DNA of 64,000 nucleotides. Source: Candidatus Nomurabacteria bacterium RIFCSPHIGHO2_12_FULL_42_19 (lineage in GTDB: Bacteria > Patescibacteriota > Minisyncoccia > Phycocordibacterales > UBA9973). This document shows, one piece after another, positions 62,662 to 64,000 of the stretch. The stretch lies in the NCBI GenBank assembly GCA_001786955.1, contig MFUM01000004.1, positions 4,457 through 68,456 on the forward strand, written 5' to 3'. The position numbers were made by a program, and so were the translations under genes. Every line of letters starts with the position of its first letter. Within the stretch, counting starts at the first letter, position 1. Below the pieces are notes generated by a model, which searched no databases, was not told the origin of the DNA, and saw nothing but the letters and a program-made list of their open reading frames with translations.

Positions 62662-62677
62662 TAAAGGAGCCGTGTCT
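62662..62677 (+). repeat. 16-nt direct repeat of the tRNA-Ser(GCU) 5' end plus 4 upstream nt
   Basis: TAAAGGAGCCGTGTCT occurs at 62662-62677 and at 62797-62812. Confidence 0.7.
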
Positions 62678-62800
62678 ATGAAATATAAACTGCTTTATAT
62701 TTCATCTGTTTCGCCAAAGCGAATAGGATTATGCGCCAAAGGCGCAATCCTAAGGGAAGAGCCCGAGAGGGCGCGAAGACACGTGACTGAACGAAGTAAA

Positions 62801-62889
62801 GGAGCCGTGTCTGAGCGGTCTAAGGTACATCTTTGCTAAAGATGCAGGGGCTTTATACCCCCTCGCGAGTTCGAATCTCGCCGGCTCCG
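62801..62889 (+). tRNA. tRNA-Ser (anticodon GCU), long variable arm
   Basis: Manual cloverleaf: acceptor GGAGCCG/CGGCTCC, anticodon stem CATCT/AGATG, loop TTGCTAA, T-loop TTCGAAT, discriminator G. Confidence 0.9.
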
Positions 62890-62907
62890 CATTGGGAAAA
62901 TAAAATT

Positions 62908-63273
62908 TTAGGCTCTTTTCTTTTTTAAACTTTTAACTGCTTTGTTTGTAATTCCTTTCCACTCGCTTTTTAATTTTTTGGCTAGAGCTTTGATGTCTTT
63001 CTCATGTAATTTATACTGCTTGGCATAATTTTCGGTTACAACATCTACCGCTTTGTGATAAACAGGAGCGCTGACTTTTTTAGCCTTTTTAACTTCACTT
63101 ATTACCTCTTTCTTTATTTTATCCATCAAGACTTTCGCTTTCTTTTGATGCGCCTTAGCCTTAGGACCAAATAAATAATACGCTCCGGCACCAAGCGCCG
63201 CTACTCCCGCTCCCACTGCCGCCATTTCACCCCCCGACATCCCCTTTTTTTTATTTGTATTATTTTTTTTCAT
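62908..63273 (-). CDS. small Lys-rich protein with a Gly/Ala-rich N-terminal helix (YtxH-like?)
   Basis: GGEMAAVGAGVAALGAGAYYLFGPKA followed by a charged helical region. Confidence 0.4.
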   Translation of the reverse strand: MKKNNTNKKKGMSGGEMAAVGAGVAALGAGAYYLFGPKAKAHQKKAKVLMDKIKKEVISEVKKAKKVSAPVYHKAVDVVTENYAKQYKLHEKDIKALAKKLKSEWKGITNKAVKSLKKKRA

Positions 63274-63325
63274 TTGATTTGATTTTGCGAAATCATGCCG
63301 CGCAACCGTCCGTTTTAGCGTAGCG
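63274..63325 (-). promoter_or_regulatory. two-hairpin leader motif, copy L4, near the ATG of the YtxH-like gene
   Basis: TGATTTTGCGAAATCA (63280-63295). TGCCGCGC (63296-63303) partially pairs with GCGTAGCG (63318-63325). Confidence 0.45.
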
Positions 63326-63335
63326 TTAATAATTT

Positions 63336-63587
63336 TTAATCTTTTCGACTTTTTCTCTTTTTTCTAAAAAGAAAATTGAACACCGCGCTGTCCCTCACGT
63401 CTTCCAGCAATTCTTTCGTCGTATCACCCACATTGTCTATATTTTTTTCTATCTTGTCCATAATCCTTGAAAATGTGTTGGTGGCGCGGATAAGGTAAAA
63501 TAAAAATATCGCCGTTAAAATCCACAGCATAACAAAGCCGACGGATGATATAAAAAAGAAAACTTGTGATTGTAAAACGAGATCCAT
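63336..63587 (-). CDS. small membrane protein (DUF948-like)
   Basis: N-terminal TM followed by a charged helix (IDNVGDTTKELLEDV). Confidence 0.45.
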   Translation of the reverse strand: MDLVLQSQVFFFISSVGFVMLWILTAIFLFYLIRATNTFSRIMDKIEKNIDNVGDTTKELLEDVRDSAVFNFLFRKKRKSRKD

Positions 63588-63612
63588 AACTGCATTATAG
63601 TATATTTAGTTA

Positions 63613-63618
63613 TATAAT
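63613..63618 (+). promoter_or_regulatory. -10 TATAAT, 6 nt before the recG ATG (leaderless-type)
   Basis: ttaTATAATtcaaacATG. Confidence 0.4.
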
Positions 63619-63624
63619 TCAAAC

Positions 63625-64000
63625 ATGGAATTGAGCAACCAGTTAGAAATAAAATTCCGCCTGGATATAAATCAAAAGAAAGCTCTGCGTCGGCTGAAGA
63701 TTTTCTCGGTAGCCGATTTGCTGTTTCATTTCCCTGTCCGTTATAGCGATATCAGCGAAGTAAAAAAAATCGCGGAACTGATTCCGGGAGACATAGCAAC
63801 GGTATACGGTAAAGTTTCAAAACTGAAAACCAAAAAAGCTTTCCGCTCAAGAATACCGATGGCTGAGGGAGAGATTGAGGATTTGTCCGGAAAAATAAAA
63901 ATCATCTGGTTCAACCAGGCCTACCTCGCCAAGATGATTAAAAATGGCGAAAATGTAAAATTAACCGGAAAAATAACATTGGGGAAAAAAGGCATCTACC
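63625..64000 (+). CDS. recG: ATP-dependent DNA helicase RecG, N-terminal wedge domain (partial; runs past window end)
   Basis: Own translation: MELSNQLEIKFRLDINQKKALRRLKIFSVADLLFHFPVRYSD...GKIKIIWFNQAYLAKMIKNGENVKLTGK. This matches the typical RecG N-terminus. Confidence 0.8.
   Translation, partial: MELSNQLEIKFRLDINQKKALRRLKIFSVADLLFHFPVRYSDISEVKKIAELIPGDIATVYGKVSKLKTKKAFRSRIPMAEGEIEDLSGKIKIIWFNQAYLAKMIKNGENVKLTGKITLGKKGIY

Noticed and set aside
62678-62857. 59-codon ORF starting right after the duplicated AAAGGAG and reading into tRNA-Ser(GCU)
   Set aside because: It runs through a tRNA gene and a hairpin-dense segment. It is most likely fortuitous, so the region is treated as RNA or insert.

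Overview
The window is an AT-rich, gene-dense bacterial segment, almost all housekeeping. Shortened aaRSs and SMC, domain fusions, a secretin-less type IV pilus cluster and weak Shine-Dalgarno usage suggest a reduced CPR/Patescibacteria-like genome; that placement is inference only. Genes called: glnA (partial), rnpB RNA, speA-like, tgt, mreBC, proS, rpsB-tsf, rpoD-dnaG, rpoBC, trmD/rpsP, rnr, smc-like, rnc, nusB-NUDIX, rpmF, thrS, gyrB, pheST, a UvrD-nuclease, ligA, a 12 kb pil cluster with comF, four tRNAs and recG (partial). The main hunt result is a set of at least seven families of short GC-rich nested-hairpin elements. They sit in frame inside essential genes (rnr, pheS, pheT x3, smc, ligA x2, trmD, tsf, thrS, gyrB, dnaG, pilD, a cphA-like gene), with sister copies in intergenic DNA. 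Some copies show compensatory stem changes, and one pair is circularly permuted. This resembles Rickettsia palindromic elements. Other findings: an HTH-Doc toxin-antitoxin cassette flanked by a duplicated gyrB 3' end; a two-hairpin leader abutting four start codons; leaderless-type promoters; a Ser-like tRNA with anticodon ACU; and 5' tRNA-Ser fragment duplications. No CRISPR array, rRNA or transposase gene was seen.
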